A stretch of 64,000 bases of DNA, taken from a virus (Duplodnaviria; Heunggongvirae; Uroviricota; Caudoviricetes). Below are positions 39,320 to 49,504 of this stretch, piece after piece. A program made the translations under genes and the position numbers. Within the stretch, counting starts at the first letter, position 1. Every line of letters begins with the position of its first letter. Location: positions 1-64,000 of IMG/VR virus record IMGVR_UViG_3300031087_000527. One strand, written 5' to 3'. A model generated the notes under the pieces. The model made no database searches. It was not told the DNA's origin and saw only the letters and a program-made list of their open reading frames with translations.

Positions 39320-40066
39320 ATGAATACTAAGCTTCTGGTCTCTAACTTTTTTGGCGCGATTGTTCTGATGGTTAAAAGTGGTTATAAGGCTTTTGATTAT
39401 GACGATCTGAATGCGGTTATGTCTGCTAAGCAGGATGACGAACTGGTTAAAAACGTCTTAGCAGGTCGCACACTGCTGAAGTTCATGGCGGGTTCTAAGG
39501 TCAATATTAATCAGGTTATTCCTGTGGTCAATGGTCAGAATGTGGTGCCTGATGATTTGTTTGCTGCGCTGGCGGGTGCTGAGCTGAAGTTTCTGGATGT
39601 GGCTAAGTTCACATCTGCGACGAAAAATATTGAGCTTCAGTTAGGCTGGAAAGAGAAGCAGCTTATCATGAAGTATATCAGTATTTCCTCTCTGAATACT
39701 TACCTGTTCCATTCTAAGGGAAATCCGGTAGATGATGCGATTGAAACGGCTGTTCGTCTGAATATCGCAGAAGAAATCACGGGGCTTGGCAGTAATGCGA
39801 GCATTGCTGATTTGAATATTGCGGATGCGGGTCAGCGCGTTCAGAAGTTCAAGTTGAAAGACGGTCAGGCGGCATGTAAGAATATCCTGTATGTTTCTTA
39901 TGATGATGTCTACAATGCTGGCGTGAATGGTATTAATAACGTTGTAAACAAGCTGAAGCAGGTGGATGTGATTGCTAAACTGAAAGCGTTTAGTATTGGC
40001 CTGGATGAAGATGTAGTGCGTAAGAAAGCGCAAACAGTGATGATGAAGGCATTAAAAGCGGCGTAA
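39320..40066 (+). CDS. hypothetical protein (ends LKAA)
   Basis: 248-aa ORF after promoter. Confidence 0.85.
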   Translation: MNTKLLVSNFFGAIVLMVKSGYKAFDYDDLNAVMSAKQDDELVKNVLAGRTLLKFMAGSKVNINQVIPVVNGQNVVPDDLFAALAGAELKFLDVAKFTSATKNIELQLGWKEKQLIMKYISISSLNTYLFHSKGNPVDDAIETAVRLNIAEEITGLGSNASIADLNIADAGQRVQKFKLKDGQAACKNILYVSYDDVYNAGVNGINNVVNKLKQVDVIAKLKAFSIGLDEDVVRKKAQTVMMKALKAA

Positions 40067-40140
40067 TAAAAACAAAAGGTAGAAATCTATAGGCGATATA
40101 TGTTAATATATTGCCTATATTACTTTATAGAGGGCAACAA

Positions 40141-40902
40141 ATGAGTATTTTAAATCAAGAAAATCTGGATAAGTTAAAGTGTGATTTTATCGGGCGTTGC
40201 TCTCGTTCAAAAGGAGTTGATGGTTTTCTTGAGATCCCGAAAGCGTTGGAAATAGAACCGGAAAAGGAATGGTTAAATAAAAAGGAAATTTCTGAGGAAG
40301 ATATTCAGAAGGCAATTTCTGTTTTTAATGAAGAGAAATCATTCCTGGTAGGATTTAAAGTTAATCGCAAAGATATAAGTGAAGGTAAGACTGAAAGACG
40401 CGAGTTTTTCTACAGCTTACCGGAAGATGTTTTCCCTGAGTATAGCGGTCTTATTTATCCCATTATTGTGCGCTTGACGTATCTTGTTGCGACACCGAAA
40501 GAAAGTAAATCTGTGTTACCGCCTTTTTACTTATGCCCTGAAGTAGAGTTGTTTCAAGATTTTGGTGATGGTTTGTTTGAAAGTGTCAAAGCGGAAAAAA
40601 CAGAAGATTACGGTCAGCTACTGCTGATTAAGTTTGAGCGTATTTTTGGAAAAGACGGCGATGGCTATGTGGAAAAGTCAGGTGCTAAATCTGAAGAGTT
40701 TTCATATCAGGTTCGTCATAATGAAAAAGGCACAAACGTTCACAATGAGATGATCGTGCGTAAAGAGCGTGGTGAGTATCGGGCATTCATGACCATTGAG
40801 ACTGATACGCATGATGACAAAGATAAGGCGATTGAGCAAATGGGGCGCTGGCTTCGCCGTTTGGGTCGTGGGATTGAGATTGGCGAAGTTATTGCTGATT
40901 AA
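40141..40902 (+). CDS. hypothetical protein
   Basis: RBS GAGGG. Confidence 0.75.
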   Translation: MSILNQENLDKLKCDFIGRCSRSKGVDGFLEIPKALEIEPEKEWLNKKEISEEDIQKAISVFNEEKSFLVGFKVNRKDISEGKTERREFFYSLPEDVFPEYSGLIYPIIVRLTYLVATPKESKSVLPPFYLCPEVELFQDFGDGLFESVKAEKTEDYGQLLLIKFERIFGKDGDGYVEKSGAKSEEFSYQVRHNEKGTNVHNEMIVRKERGEYRAFMTIETDTHDDKDKAIEQMGRWLRRLGRGIEIGEVIAD

Positions 40903-40948
40903 TCAGTAATAGTCTATTTCTTTTCTAAACAATAAGACAGGTGAATAA

Positions 40949-41500
40949 ATGACTATTAAGAAAAATGATGTGCTGGTTGTGAATAAGCCCTTTAGCGTGG
41001 GTGATACTCATTTTGATAAAGGGCATGTTTTTTGGGTAGAGAAAGGCGGAAAAAATCAGAAAGTTATAACACTTGATCAGGATGGTCTTTTTATTGGTTT
41101 TGAAGGCAACTGTGATACAGAGCGGTTTACAAAGAAAACGATTGCGGATGTTTCTCAATGTGAAAAAGAATTTGGTGCTGTTCAGATTAAAAACGTTAAG
41201 CGTTTTGATACTAATGACGGGTATGCGATGTTTGCGGATCTCTTTGTGAATGGTAAAAAAGTTGGCGTGATTCAGAATGATGGCTGGGGTGGTGAAACTT
41301 ATTTGGTTGAAAGCAGCAGCGCAAGTAAAGAAGCGGTTGATAAGCTTATTGAAACAGCCAAGGGAATTGCTATACAGAGTGGCTATGATCTTAAAAATAG
41401 ACATGCGGGGTATATCGAGGAAAATCTCTGGGACTATTTGAGCGAGCAGTATTATATTTTTGAAAGCTTTAGCGATTATATGCGTTGCTTTCATAAGTAA
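40949..41500 (+). CDS. conserved hypothetical (NGKKVG...NDGWGG)
   Basis: RBS AGGTG. Confidence 0.75.
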   Translation: MTIKKNDVLVVNKPFSVGDTHFDKGHVFWVEKGGKNQKVITLDQDGLFIGFEGNCDTERFTKKTIADVSQCEKEFGAVQIKNVKRFDTNDGYAMFADLFVNGKKVGVIQNDGWGGETYLVESSSASKEAVDKLIETAKGIAIQSGYDLKNRHAGYIEENLWDYLSEQYYIFESFSDYMRCFHK

Positions 41501-41624
41501 GTAGAATAAATAAAGACCACCTTCGGGTGGTTTTTTGTTGATGAAAACCATGATTTGGCGTTAAGTAAAAAGAGCTTGACTCGCTCCGATGTTGTCTTTA
41601 TACTCATCTCATTAAATCTGAGGA

Positions 41625-41894
41625 GTGAATAACATGGCGTCTTACGAAAGCTTACTGAAAGGTCTGGACATTCAGGAAAAGATTGAAGGCCCGACAGAGA
41701 ACATCACGTTATGTCGATTAGTGGTGCCATATCTGAAAACAGGTATGGATGTTCAGGCTTTTTTTGACATTCGTTTTCATCGCTACGATAAGTGCTCTTA
41801 TCAGACGCATAAGTTTTTGTATGTCAAAGAAAATATCAAGGCGCTTTTTTCTGCGGTTGCTGATGCGGGAAAAGCAAACGTAATGACTTCATAA
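41625..41894 (+). CDS. hypothetical protein
   Basis: RBS GAGGAG. Confidence 0.7.
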   Translation: MNNMASYESLLKGLDIQEKIEGPTENITLCRLVVPYLKTGMDVQAFFDIRFHRYDKCSYQTHKFLYVKENIKALFSAVADAGKANVMTS

Positions 41895-41897
41895 GAG

Positions 41898-42248
41898 GTG
41901 TTTATGAATTTTCGTGATCAGTTAGAAGGCGCATTCAGCGCTCAGGCTAAAAAGTTTTCGGCAGGCGAGAAGGTGCTCCTGCGTGGGGAGGAGCGCCCTT
42001 TTGTGGTAGAAAGTGTCAATCATGTGAGTTATGATCTGGTTATGGATATTTCAGAAGATGAGATTGCTCGTCTGAGAGAGATTGTCGCCAAATCGGTTCG
42101 CCTGAAAGAGTTGAGCTTTGAGCATTGGATTGAAGTTATTGTGAAGGATGCTCCGTATTCTCATGAAGAAATCGCAGAAGCGCAGCAGATCTTAGCCTCT
42201 CTTCGCAAGTGTAATGTCGAAGAAGACGAGATGAAAAAGGTGGAATAA
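41898..42248 (+). CDS. hypothetical protein
   Basis: Operon ORF. Confidence 0.7.
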   Translation: MFMNFRDQLEGAFSAQAKKFSAGEKVLLRGEERPFVVESVNHVSYDLVMDISEDEIARLREIVAKSVRLKELSFEHWIEVIVKDAPYSHEEIAEAQQILASLRKCNVEEDEMKKVE

Positions 42249-42331
42249 AAACAAGACCTCTGCTATAATAGAATAACGGTAAAGACTGACGAGAGTCGGT
42301 CTTTTTTATTTGACTTAGCAGCGAGGTAGCC

Positions 42332-42916
42332 GTGAAAAATATTGATGAAATCAGAAGTGAGCTTTTTGAGGGTGTGAGAGTATTTGCCTTGTCCGACGCG
42401 ATGTTGGGCTTTAAAGATCGTGAGCATATTGGTTTGGTGCCAATGGTGTATAGCTTCGATGAACACTATGGGCCTATCGAGCTGAGTGAGAAGATGCGAC
42501 TTCTGCCTGGAGAATATACCTACGTCCCCGAAGAGCGTCTATACATTAATGCTTTTAGGCAGAGCATGGCAGACAATGCTAAGTTAAATCCTTATGTAGG
42601 ATACTACAATCTTTCTTATGAAAAATGGGAAAAGGTCAGTGTAGGCACGATTTTTTCCTTTCAGTATGGTGGTGATTATGAAGATCATCAAGAGTTCGTT
42701 TATATTGTTGAGAAAAGAGAGAAAGGTTATGAATTTGTTTCATTAACTGGAGCAGAGGCTGTTAGAAAAGATACAAAACCTTGGATATTTGAGGACGAAA
42801 ATCTTCCTGATTTTGGAAAAAATAGTGCAGAACTAGGTATGGTTTACATCTACAAGCGTTTGCCAGATAGCTGGTTTAAAGATACGCTACGCACCTTAAA
42901 AGCACTACATCAATAA
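42332..42916 (+). CDS. hypothetical protein
   Basis: RBS GAGGT; remnant paralog at 20769. Confidence 0.75.
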   Translation: MKNIDEIRSELFEGVRVFALSDAMLGFKDREHIGLVPMVYSFDEHYGPIELSEKMRLLPGEYTYVPEERLYINAFRQSMADNAKLNPYVGYYNLSYEKWEKVSVGTIFSFQYGGDYEDHQEFVYIVEKREKGYEFVSLTGAEAVRKDTKPWIFEDENLPDFGKNSAELGMVYIYKRLPDSWFKDTLRTLKALHQ

Positions 42917-43011
42917 AAACGAGGCTACGGCCTCTTTTTTTAAGATAAAGCTTGATTCTGATAAGTATTGTCTTTATAATAGCTTTATTGAAACGAGACA
43001 AGGTGAAGAAA

Positions 43012-43227
43012 ATGACGACTCTGTTTGCGGACTTAGATGAAAGCGAAGTAATGGATAAAGTTATTGAGCTGGCTGATGAGTTTGAGGTGGTTAAAGAAGG
43101 CTCGAACTACTTTGTTGCCTACGTTGATGGCGGCTGGTTGCCAAATCCTTTCCAGACAGAAGATAAAGCCTATCGTGGAATTCTGGCTGAGGTGTTGGGC
43201 GAAGAACGGAAATACTTCAATAGCTAA
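43012..43227 (+). CDS. acidic protein, paralog of 38460-38684
   Basis: RBS AAGGTG. Confidence 0.75.
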   Translation: MTTLFADLDESEVMDKVIELADEFEVVKEGSNYFVAYVDGGWLPNPFQTEDKAYRGILAEVLGEERKYFNS

Positions 43228-43314
43228 AAAAGGCCACCTTCGGGTGGTTTTTTGTTGTCTTTAATAGAGAGAGAAGCTATAATAAGTCATTCCTGATAGG
43301 TTATTGAGGCAAGT

Positions 43315-43542
43315 ATGATTATTGAAATCGCGTTGTTGTATGTGCTGAGCAATGGTGATCCGGTAGAGCAGAAAGTGTTTAAAGGCGAAGAGTCTTCTGT
43401 GAACGTGTTACTGGAGCATTGTCAGCCTTATGAGGATGAAAGTCATATTTGCCTGATGAAAGACGTTAAAGCGAATAAAGACGTGGTTTACACGAATCTG
43501 GAAACAATGGATCAGGTGCTGGTTGCTAATCGTAAGCACTAA
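43315..43542 (+). CDS. hypothetical protein
   Basis: RBS GAGG. Confidence 0.65.
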   Translation: MIIEIALLYVLSNGDPVEQKVFKGEESSVNVLLEHCQPYEDESHICLMKDVKANKDVVYTNLETMDQVLVANRKH

Positions 43543-43591
43543 GCACTAAGCATTTTTTAACGAGAAAATCTTTCAAATAAGAGGCTTTTAA

Positions 43592-43945
43592 ATGATGAAT
43601 GTATCAGATATTGTTGAGTCAAATGGTAAAACTGTGAAACAAAACAAAATGGAGCAGAGCCACGCTATCCCGCTCGGATCTCTGGTGGAAATTTTGGGCA
43701 GTGAGAACGATGAAGATACAGGCTTGCGTCTTTTTGTTGTTAATCATAGTCGTGATTGTGATGGGACGCCGCTGTATGGCTTGTCTTTCAAAAAAGATGC
43801 GCAGGAAAAAATGGATAAGCGTGAGCAACAGGTAGCGACTCTTCCTGATGGTCAGGATTATCAAATCGCAAAAATGTTTTATCATATGGCGCGAGGCAGT
43901 ATTTTGGCAAACTACGGTGAAGGCTCCCTCAAAGTTATTAAATAA
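43592..43945 (+). CDS. conserved phage protein (RDCDGTPLY motif)
   Basis: H.IPLGSLVE...RLFVV..RDCDGTPLY, recalled from large lytic phages. Confidence 0.75.
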   Translation: MMNVSDIVESNGKTVKQNKMEQSHAIPLGSLVEILGSENDEDTGLRLFVVNHSRDCDGTPLYGLSFKKDAQEKMDKREQQVATLPDGQDYQIAKMFYHMARGSILANYGEGSLKVIK

Positions 43946-44030
43946 AAAGAAGCTGCCTCCGGGCGGCTTTTTTATTGCTTTATTGTCATCTTCTGGTTAT
44001 AATAAGCGCAATAAAACAAATGAGGGCGAC

Positions 44031-44246
44031 ATGATGGAAGAAGAAATCAAAGTTGAATCACAAATCGAGCAGGCGATGAAGTGGTATCAGCGCTTAAATA
44101 CTGAAGCTCTGGCGCGTGTAGTGCCTCATATTAACCAACTTGATTCACGCACTATCGTAGCTTACTGGAAGCGTGAGGTTGATCGTGCGGGTCCATCAGA
44201 GCTGAATGCTGACTATGGTGTGCTGATGACAGGAGAGTCAAAATGA
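44031..44246 (+). CDS. hypothetical protein
   Basis: RBS GAGGG after promoter. Confidence 0.7.
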   Translation: MMEEEIKVESQIEQAMKWYQRLNTEALARVVPHINQLDSRTIVAYWKREVDRAGPSELNADYGVLMTGESK

Positions 44247-44431
44247 GTCAGGCTTGGATTTCTGTAAGTGAGCGTCTTCCTGAAGAGAATGGTCAATACC
44301 AGTGTTTGATTCAGCGAGATGATCGCGAGTTCGAAGCTGTGCGGTTATTCAGGAGTGGTGTTTGGTTTGGTGGATGTCGGCCTTTCTCAGATAATGACGT
44401 GGTATTAAAGTGGAAGCCCACTGAAGAATAA
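44243..44431 (+). CDS. DUF551-like protein
   Basis: WISVSERLPE...V.KW.P. Confidence 0.75.
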   Translation: MSQAWISVSERLPEENGQYQCLIQRDDREFEAVRLFRSGVWFGGCRPFSDNDVVLKWKPTEE

Positions 44432-44469
44432 AGAAAAGCAGCCGAGGCTGCTTTTTTAATGCTTAAGTT

Positions 44470-44742
44470 TTAATGGATTTGATACATGGCTAAAATATCA
44501 CCTTCATTGGACATAACAGAAAGAGTAATATTTTCCATTTTAACGCATTCTTCAACGATATCCACGTGCTCATCGTCAATATCAATATAGAAACCTTCAA
44601 TATTAATGCGCTTTAAGTTTTTATCAAAAAATACATTATTGATATTGCCTTGATTAATATCATTTACCAGCAGAAGCATATTAGGTATTAAAATATGGTT
44701 AAACTGGTTATTATTACAGATGAGATAAGTGTTATTTTTCAT
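44470..44742 (-). CDS. hypothetical protein
   Basis: Minus-strand island ORF. Confidence 0.6.
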   Translation of the reverse strand: MKNNTYLICNNNQFNHILIPNMLLLVNDINQGNINNVFFDKNLKRINIEGFYIDIDDEHVDIVEECVKMENITLSVMSNEGDILAMYQIH

Positions 44743-44754
44743 ATAATGCCTTTA

Positions 44755-45465
44755 TTATTTAAATTTGAATCCATTATTATTTTTATTTTCCAAAGAGGTA
44801 TCCGGCTCTCTTTGAGTAAGTTTATCTTTAAAATGCATCAGTCTATCTTTAAAGCTAGTCCCGCCTTCTCTGATCTGATTTATACTGCGTTTATTAACTG
44901 CTTCAATATGTTCAGAGGCCATTTCAACAGATTTGATTTTAGTTAATACAGCAACAAACTTTGCGCCATAATCCGGGGAGTTACTGTCTTTAGCTTTAAG
45001 CATATCAAGCGTCATTTCATTAAGCTGACTGAAAACAGTTTTAGCACGTTCGGATTCTTCTTTTGAAAATGCTGCACCATTTTTAGCAAGTTCTCTTGCT
45101 GCATTTGGGGAAAGAGGAATACTGTTTTTAAATGATACTGCAGCCCCTATAGCTAAGGCTCCACCTACTACAGCGCCTGTGGCGATTAAAGCGGGTGCTG
45201 CAGTAGCAGCTAAGGCTGTGGCAATGGTTGCCTGAGCAACAACGGCAGCGCCAGTAGTAAAGCCTGCGCCAGCTAAGAAGCCGCCTGCTTTTTTGAAGAA
45301 GCTTTTGATGCCTTCATTTGTTGCTTTATTTTTACTTGCTTCATAGCCATAATCAGCAAGAGTTGCGCTGTTATGAAGTTTATCAAGAGTGTTAAATAAC
45401 TTCTCTTTAAATGTGTTATCCGTAAGAAGTTCGGAAAGGTTATTACGAGCTGCAGCCATATCCAT
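44755..45465 (-). CDS. Ala/Gly-rich membrane protein
   Basis: Long AG-rich hydrophobic hairpin; RBS AAGGA. Confidence 0.75.
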   Translation of the reverse strand: MDMAAARNNLSELLTDNTFKEKLFNTLDKLHNSATLADYGYEASKNKATNEGIKSFFKKAGGFLAGAGFTTGAAVVAQATIATALAATAAPALIATGAVVGGALAIGAAVSFKNSIPLSPNAARELAKNGAAFSKEESERAKTVFSQLNEMTLDMLKAKDSNSPDYGAKFVAVLTKIKSVEMASEHIEAVNKRSINQIREGGTSFKDRLMHFKDKLTQREPDTSLENKNNNGFKFK

Positions 45466-45548
45466 AGTTGATTCCTTTTTAAATAATAAATATATGTTTA
45501 CATGTATTATATCAGATGTATTTGAACAAACAATACAGACTTATTTTT

Positions 45549-46100
45549 TTAGGCTAATATTCGACTTCTTTCGGTATTAATCATATCCATAACTTCTTGT
45601 TCATAGCTATCCAGTTCTTTTGTTTTACTTCTTTCGATAATATTTACACATTCTGTTATTTGCTCGCCATATTCTTCTAACTCAAACATAAGCACATCTT
45701 TAACAGTCAGGGTATTAATATCATTAAGCGTAGCTGCTTCAGGGCGCTCATTAAGCATGTTTTCAAGATAGATATTATAAGCCAGAGCCTGAGTTGTATT
45801 AATAATACGTTGATTATGTATAGGCTTCACTTTATTAGCAGGCAAATCATGAGTCCTTGCTAAAGATTTGGCAACGATATTGCTGGTTCTGAGTTCAGCA
45901 ATGCGATCACCGATAACAGACATCTCATAAGCCACAACATCTTCAGAGGTCAACGCTGAAGAATCATGGTGAACGCTTGCTAAGTATTCTTTACTAATCA
46001 CAATGCCTTGCTTTATGAGCTTTTTAGTGCGGTAAACAGAGATGAAATAAAAGACGGCAACGACTGCCATGATGATCAAAAACCAGATAAGTAAGTTCAT
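45549..46100 (-). CDS. N-terminally anchored membrane protein
   Basis: TM at N-terminus; RBS AAGGAG. Confidence 0.75.
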   Translation of the reverse strand: MNLLIWFLIIMAVVAVFYFISVYRTKKLIKQGIVISKEYLASVHHDSSALTSEDVVAYEMSVIGDRIAELRTSNIVAKSLARTHDLPANKVKPIHNQRIINTTQALAYNIYLENMLNERPEAATLNDINTLTVKDVLMFELEEYGEQITECVNIIERSKTKELDSYEQEVMDMINTERSRILA

Positions 46101-46237
46101 AGTATTCTCCTTTAAGTTTAATAGCTAAGTTATATCTTTTTTGGGCAATAAATCAACAAGGTCGGCAAATAAAGCTTGAAAAGACAATACTATATTGCTA
46201 TAATAAACAAGTTGAAATGAAATGACTTTGGTGGCTT

Positions 46238-47203
46238 ATGTGTAAAAAAACAGAAAACTTTATAGAGCGGGCGGTTGCTGTTCATGGTAACCTTTATAGC
46301 TATGAAGAAGCTGTTTATATAAACAGTAGAACTAAAGTTAAAATTAACTGTAAAAGTCATGGTATTTTTGAGCAGCGAGCTGATGACCATTTGGCGGGTA
46401 GAACTTGCTATGCGTGTTCAAAAGAAAAAAGAGTGGAAACTGATTTTGTGAGGAAGGCTATTGCTGTTCATGGCTCACGTTATTCTTATGATAATGTTGT
46501 TTATGTTAACAATAAAACCAAAATAAAAATAACATGTGATAAGCATGGTGATTTTGAGCAGCGACCTCAAGAGCATTTGATCGGGCAAGGGTGTAGAGTA
46601 TGTCAGTATGATGCGATCAGGTCTGATTCTGAGGCGTTCATTAATAAAGCAAAAGCTATTCATAAAGACAAATATGATTATAGTAAAGTGGTATATGCTT
46701 CTTCAAATAAAAAAGTGATGATTATTTGTGGTGTTCATGGAAAGTTCTTACAAAAAGCAGGCAATCATCTTTGTGGTGATGGGTGTCCAAAGTGCCGGGC
46801 ATCAAAAGGGGAAGTTGCGGTATCTAATGCTTTAAAGGCTTATAATCTATCATTTAAAGAGCAAGCGAAGTTTATTGGATGTCGCAGTAAAAACGGCGTT
46901 CAGCTTAAGTTTGATTTCTCTATTGAATCATTAAACCTTTTGATTGAGTTTGATGGTAAGCAGCACTTTACTAAAGTAGAGACATTCGGTGGTTCTGAAG
47001 GATTCCTGCGTCAGAAAAGAAATGATGAGATAAAAAATCGTTATTGTGAATCTCGTGGTATTAGCTTGTTGCGGATTAAGTTCAATGAGAATGTAGATAA
47101 TGCAATTGATCACATGCTGGAAGTCATTGAAAATAATGGTTATGGCTGTGTATTTTATGGAAGAGAGATTATCCATGAAAAATGGGCTTCTTTAGCAGCT
47201 TAA
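46238..47203 (+). CDS. free-standing homing-type endonuclease (3x DUF723-like Zn repeats + Vsr/PD-(D/E)XK domain)
   Basis: Three FI.KA..(V/I)H..Y.Y..V.Y....KV.I.C..HG.F.Q....HL.G..C..C repeats; FDF...LLIEFDGKQH. Confidence 0.85.
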   Translation: MCKKTENFIERAVAVHGNLYSYEEAVYINSRTKVKINCKSHGIFEQRADDHLAGRTCYACSKEKRVETDFVRKAIAVHGSRYSYDNVVYVNNKTKIKITCDKHGDFEQRPQEHLIGQGCRVCQYDAIRSDSEAFINKAKAIHKDKYDYSKVVYASSNKKVMIICGVHGKFLQKAGNHLCGDGCPKCRASKGEVAVSNALKAYNLSFKEQAKFIGCRSKNGVQLKFDFSIESLNLLIEFDGKQHFTKVETFGGSEGFLRQKRNDEIKNRYCESRGISLLRIKFNENVDNAIDHMLEVIENNGYGCVFYGREIIHEKWASLAA

Positions 47204-47263
47204 TGCTTGCACTTAAAGACAACAATAGCTATAATGATGGCTCACTTAATGAGGATGTGTCAG

Positions 47264-47593
47264 ATGATTGAAGAACGTCAGGATTTAAGCAACGAGCGTT
47301 GCTCAGTGGATTTTGAGACACTGCACTATGCGCGTGTTGAGTTTTTCTTCTCGGAAGAAATTTTATTTGGTCGCGGTAAATATGACAAAGATAGTCGCTG
47401 GGAAGTGTCTGACAAAATGGATGCAAAGATTGCTGAACTGCAGAAGAAATATCCATTGGTAGTCAATGATAACAGATATTGCACTCAGAGTCATGGTTAT
47501 CAGTTTTTCTCTTCTGATAAAGAACAGCTTGAGTGTTATGCAAAAGAACTGTCTACTTATTTCAAGCGTTTCAAGTGTATTGATGCAGTTTAG
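47264..47593 (+). CDS. hypothetical protein
   Basis: RBS GAGGA. Confidence 0.7.
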   Translation: MIEERQDLSNERCSVDFETLHYARVEFFFSEEILFGRGKYDKDSRWEVSDKMDAKIAELQKKYPLVVNDNRYCTQSHGYQFFSSDKEQLECYAKELSTYFKRFKCIDAV

Positions 47594-47613
47594 CTATTAA
47601 TCAAGGACAAAAA

Positions 47614-47940
47614 ATGTATAACCTTTTTACTCTTCATAGTTTGTATTCCCTACTTATGTATGTGGCCTTGTTTGCGGTAATGGGGCCTCTTTTGGGTGCT
47701 TTTGATAAAGAAGTGAGAAAGAAGAAAAATGGTGTCAGAAACAGCATCATTACACTTTTGGTGATGGCGTTAATCACTCATACATTTACATGGATCATGA
47801 GCGAGCACACCATTCGTTCCAATCAAGAAGCTTGTGATAGTCATGCGTCTCAGGGCTATAAAATGCTGGGAGATTATTGCTATCGTCCTGCGTTGCCTGG
47901 TGAATACATTAAGTATGAAGTTAAGGCGACTAAACTGTAA
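47614..47940 (+). CDS. membrane protein
   Basis: 2 TM segments. Confidence 0.7.
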   Translation: MYNLFTLHSLYSLLMYVALFAVMGPLLGAFDKEVRKKKNGVRNSIITLLVMALITHTFTWIMSEHTIRSNQEACDSHASQGYKMLGDYCYRPALPGEYIKYEVKATKL

Positions 47941-48003
47941 TTTCTCTGGTGCATGATGGCTAGATCTGCTATCATGCATTTTACCTTCTGACGAGGATAC
48001 ATC

Positions 48004-48408
48004 ATGGCAACGCGTTCAAACATTAACGTTAAAGTAGGCGAAAAGTATCATGTGGTATACTGCCACAATAACGGTTATCTTAGTGCTAACGGCAAACTGC
48101 TTTTGGAGCATTATAACTCGCAGGAGCTTGCTGAAAATCTGGTTTTTGGTGGCGACCTGTCTTACATTGATAAAAGTTGTGATACGCCTGGCAGTCATCA
48201 TAGCTTTGACACTCCGGTTAAAGGATACAGTGTCTATTATGCGCGTGATCGCCTGATGGATGAAGAAAGCATTAAAATGCGCATCTCTGATGAAGTTATT
48301 GATGAGCAGGAATATCTTTATGTGTGGGATGGCGAGCAGTGGCTGGTAAGCGGTCGTGATTATGAGGATATGCCTCTCAAGACTGCTCTGGAAGAAGAAC
48401 TGATTTAA
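48004..48408 (+). CDS. conserved phage/plasmid hypothetical (M.TRS.I...YCH.(D/N)GY)
   Basis: MATRSNI, VYCHNNGY, EYLYVWDG.QW. Confidence 0.8.
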   Translation: MATRSNINVKVGEKYHVVYCHNNGYLSANGKLLLEHYNSQELAENLVFGGDLSYIDKSCDTPGSHHSFDTPVKGYSVYYARDRLMDEESIKMRISDEVIDEQEYLYVWDGEQWLVSGRDYEDMPLKTALEEELI

Positions 48409-48458
48409 AAAACGTGCTCAAGATTTAATACATATTCGGGCTGTAAGAGGATAAAGGC

Positions 48459-48611
48459 ATGAAAACACAAGATTCGCCTTGGCAGAAAGGATTTCGTGAT
48501 GGATTCACCTTTAAGGACAAACAAGTGTTTGATAATGATTTTGATCAGGAAGAATACGATAAGGGATTTTTTGATGGGCGAACCGAATATTACGATGCAA
48601 GCGGAACCTGA
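48459..48611 (+). CDS. 50-aa small protein (not in ORF track)
   Basis: RBS GAGGA; KGFRDG...KGFFDG repeat. Confidence 0.6.
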   Translation: MKTQDSPWQKGFRDGFTFKDKQVFDNDFDQEEYDKGFFDGRTEYYDASGT

Positions 48612-48708
48612 AAGAAAATGATAAAAAGCTGCCTTCGGGTGGCTTTTTTGTTGCGTGCGAGTAATTGTTGTCATATAATAAATTCACTGCTTATAGAGGA
48701 TAAAACAA

Positions 48709-48912
48709 ATGACATTTAAGATGCATGAGAAGGTTGAAGGTCGCGGCTACTTTGTTGGTTATAAATGTAAAAATTGCGGTCGTTCTGAGGATGGGCACAA
48801 GGCTACAGGTCAAAACTGCGTGAAAGATGCGCGTAAGACCATTCAGGAATACTCAGCGGAAGTCTTTGAAGCCAATGAGAAAAAACCTGAATTCGTTAAG
48901 TTTATCATTTAA
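48709..48912 (+). CDS. small Zn-binding protein
   Basis: CKNCG...H....C. Confidence 0.7.
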   Translation: MTFKMHEKVEGRGYFVGYKCKNCGRSEDGHKATGQNCVKDARKTIQEYSAEVFEANEKKPEFVKFII

Positions 48913-48920
48913 GGGCGATT

Positions 48921-49118
48921 ATGAACTTTCATGAGCGTAAGCAATATCGTGCAGATTATTATCATCGCTTTGTGTATGGTTATAAGCTGCGAGAGTGTGG
49001 TGCTTGTGCAGGAAGTGGTCATTATGACAGCAATGGATCGCCTGCTTGTGGCTCCTGTTATGGAACAGGAAAAGAACGATACAAGGCGAAATCTTACGAA
49101 AGTGAACCCCAAAAATAA
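48921..49118 (+). CDS. DnaJ-type zinc-finger small protein
   Basis: CGACAGSG...CGSCYGTG. Confidence 0.75.
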   Translation: MNFHERKQYRADYYHRFVYGYKLRECGACAGSGHYDSNGSPACGSCYGTGKERYKAKSYESEPQK

Positions 49119-49136
49119 GTTTAAACAGAGCCGCCA

Positions 49137-49376
49137 TCAAGCGGCTTTTTTAATGGCTAAGAAACGCTTAGCGATATTCTTGGTAGCTTCATCTGAGTGC
49201 ATATCATAGGCTATATCTCTGAAGCTGATATTTGCCATATAGTGGAGATAGAGTGTATACATTGGCTCTGCTGATAATCTCAGGCGTCCGGTCATAAAGA
49301 GGTCTTTAAGTCTCTCAGGATCGTCCCTGAAGATGTCTATAGCGATATTAAGTTGCTTGCTTTCTGATGCGTTCAT
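49137..49376 (-). CDS. small protein with possible sigma-region-4-like HTH
   Basis: LYLHY...SFRDIA..M; RBS AAGGAG. Confidence 0.55.
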   Translation of the reverse strand: MNASESKQLNIAIDIFRDDPERLKDLFMTGRLRLSAEPMYTLYLHYMANISFRDIAYDMHSDEATKNIAKRFLAIKKAA

Positions 49377-49504
49377 GGTTTCTCCTTGTGCTTTAAAATC
49401 AGTCTATCATGCAGAGTCTGAGTTTGTAAAGACATCATGTTTTTATAGTATATCGCAGTATTGTCAGTTATAATGGCTTATCTTTAAAAACTTCTGAGGC
49501 TGCT

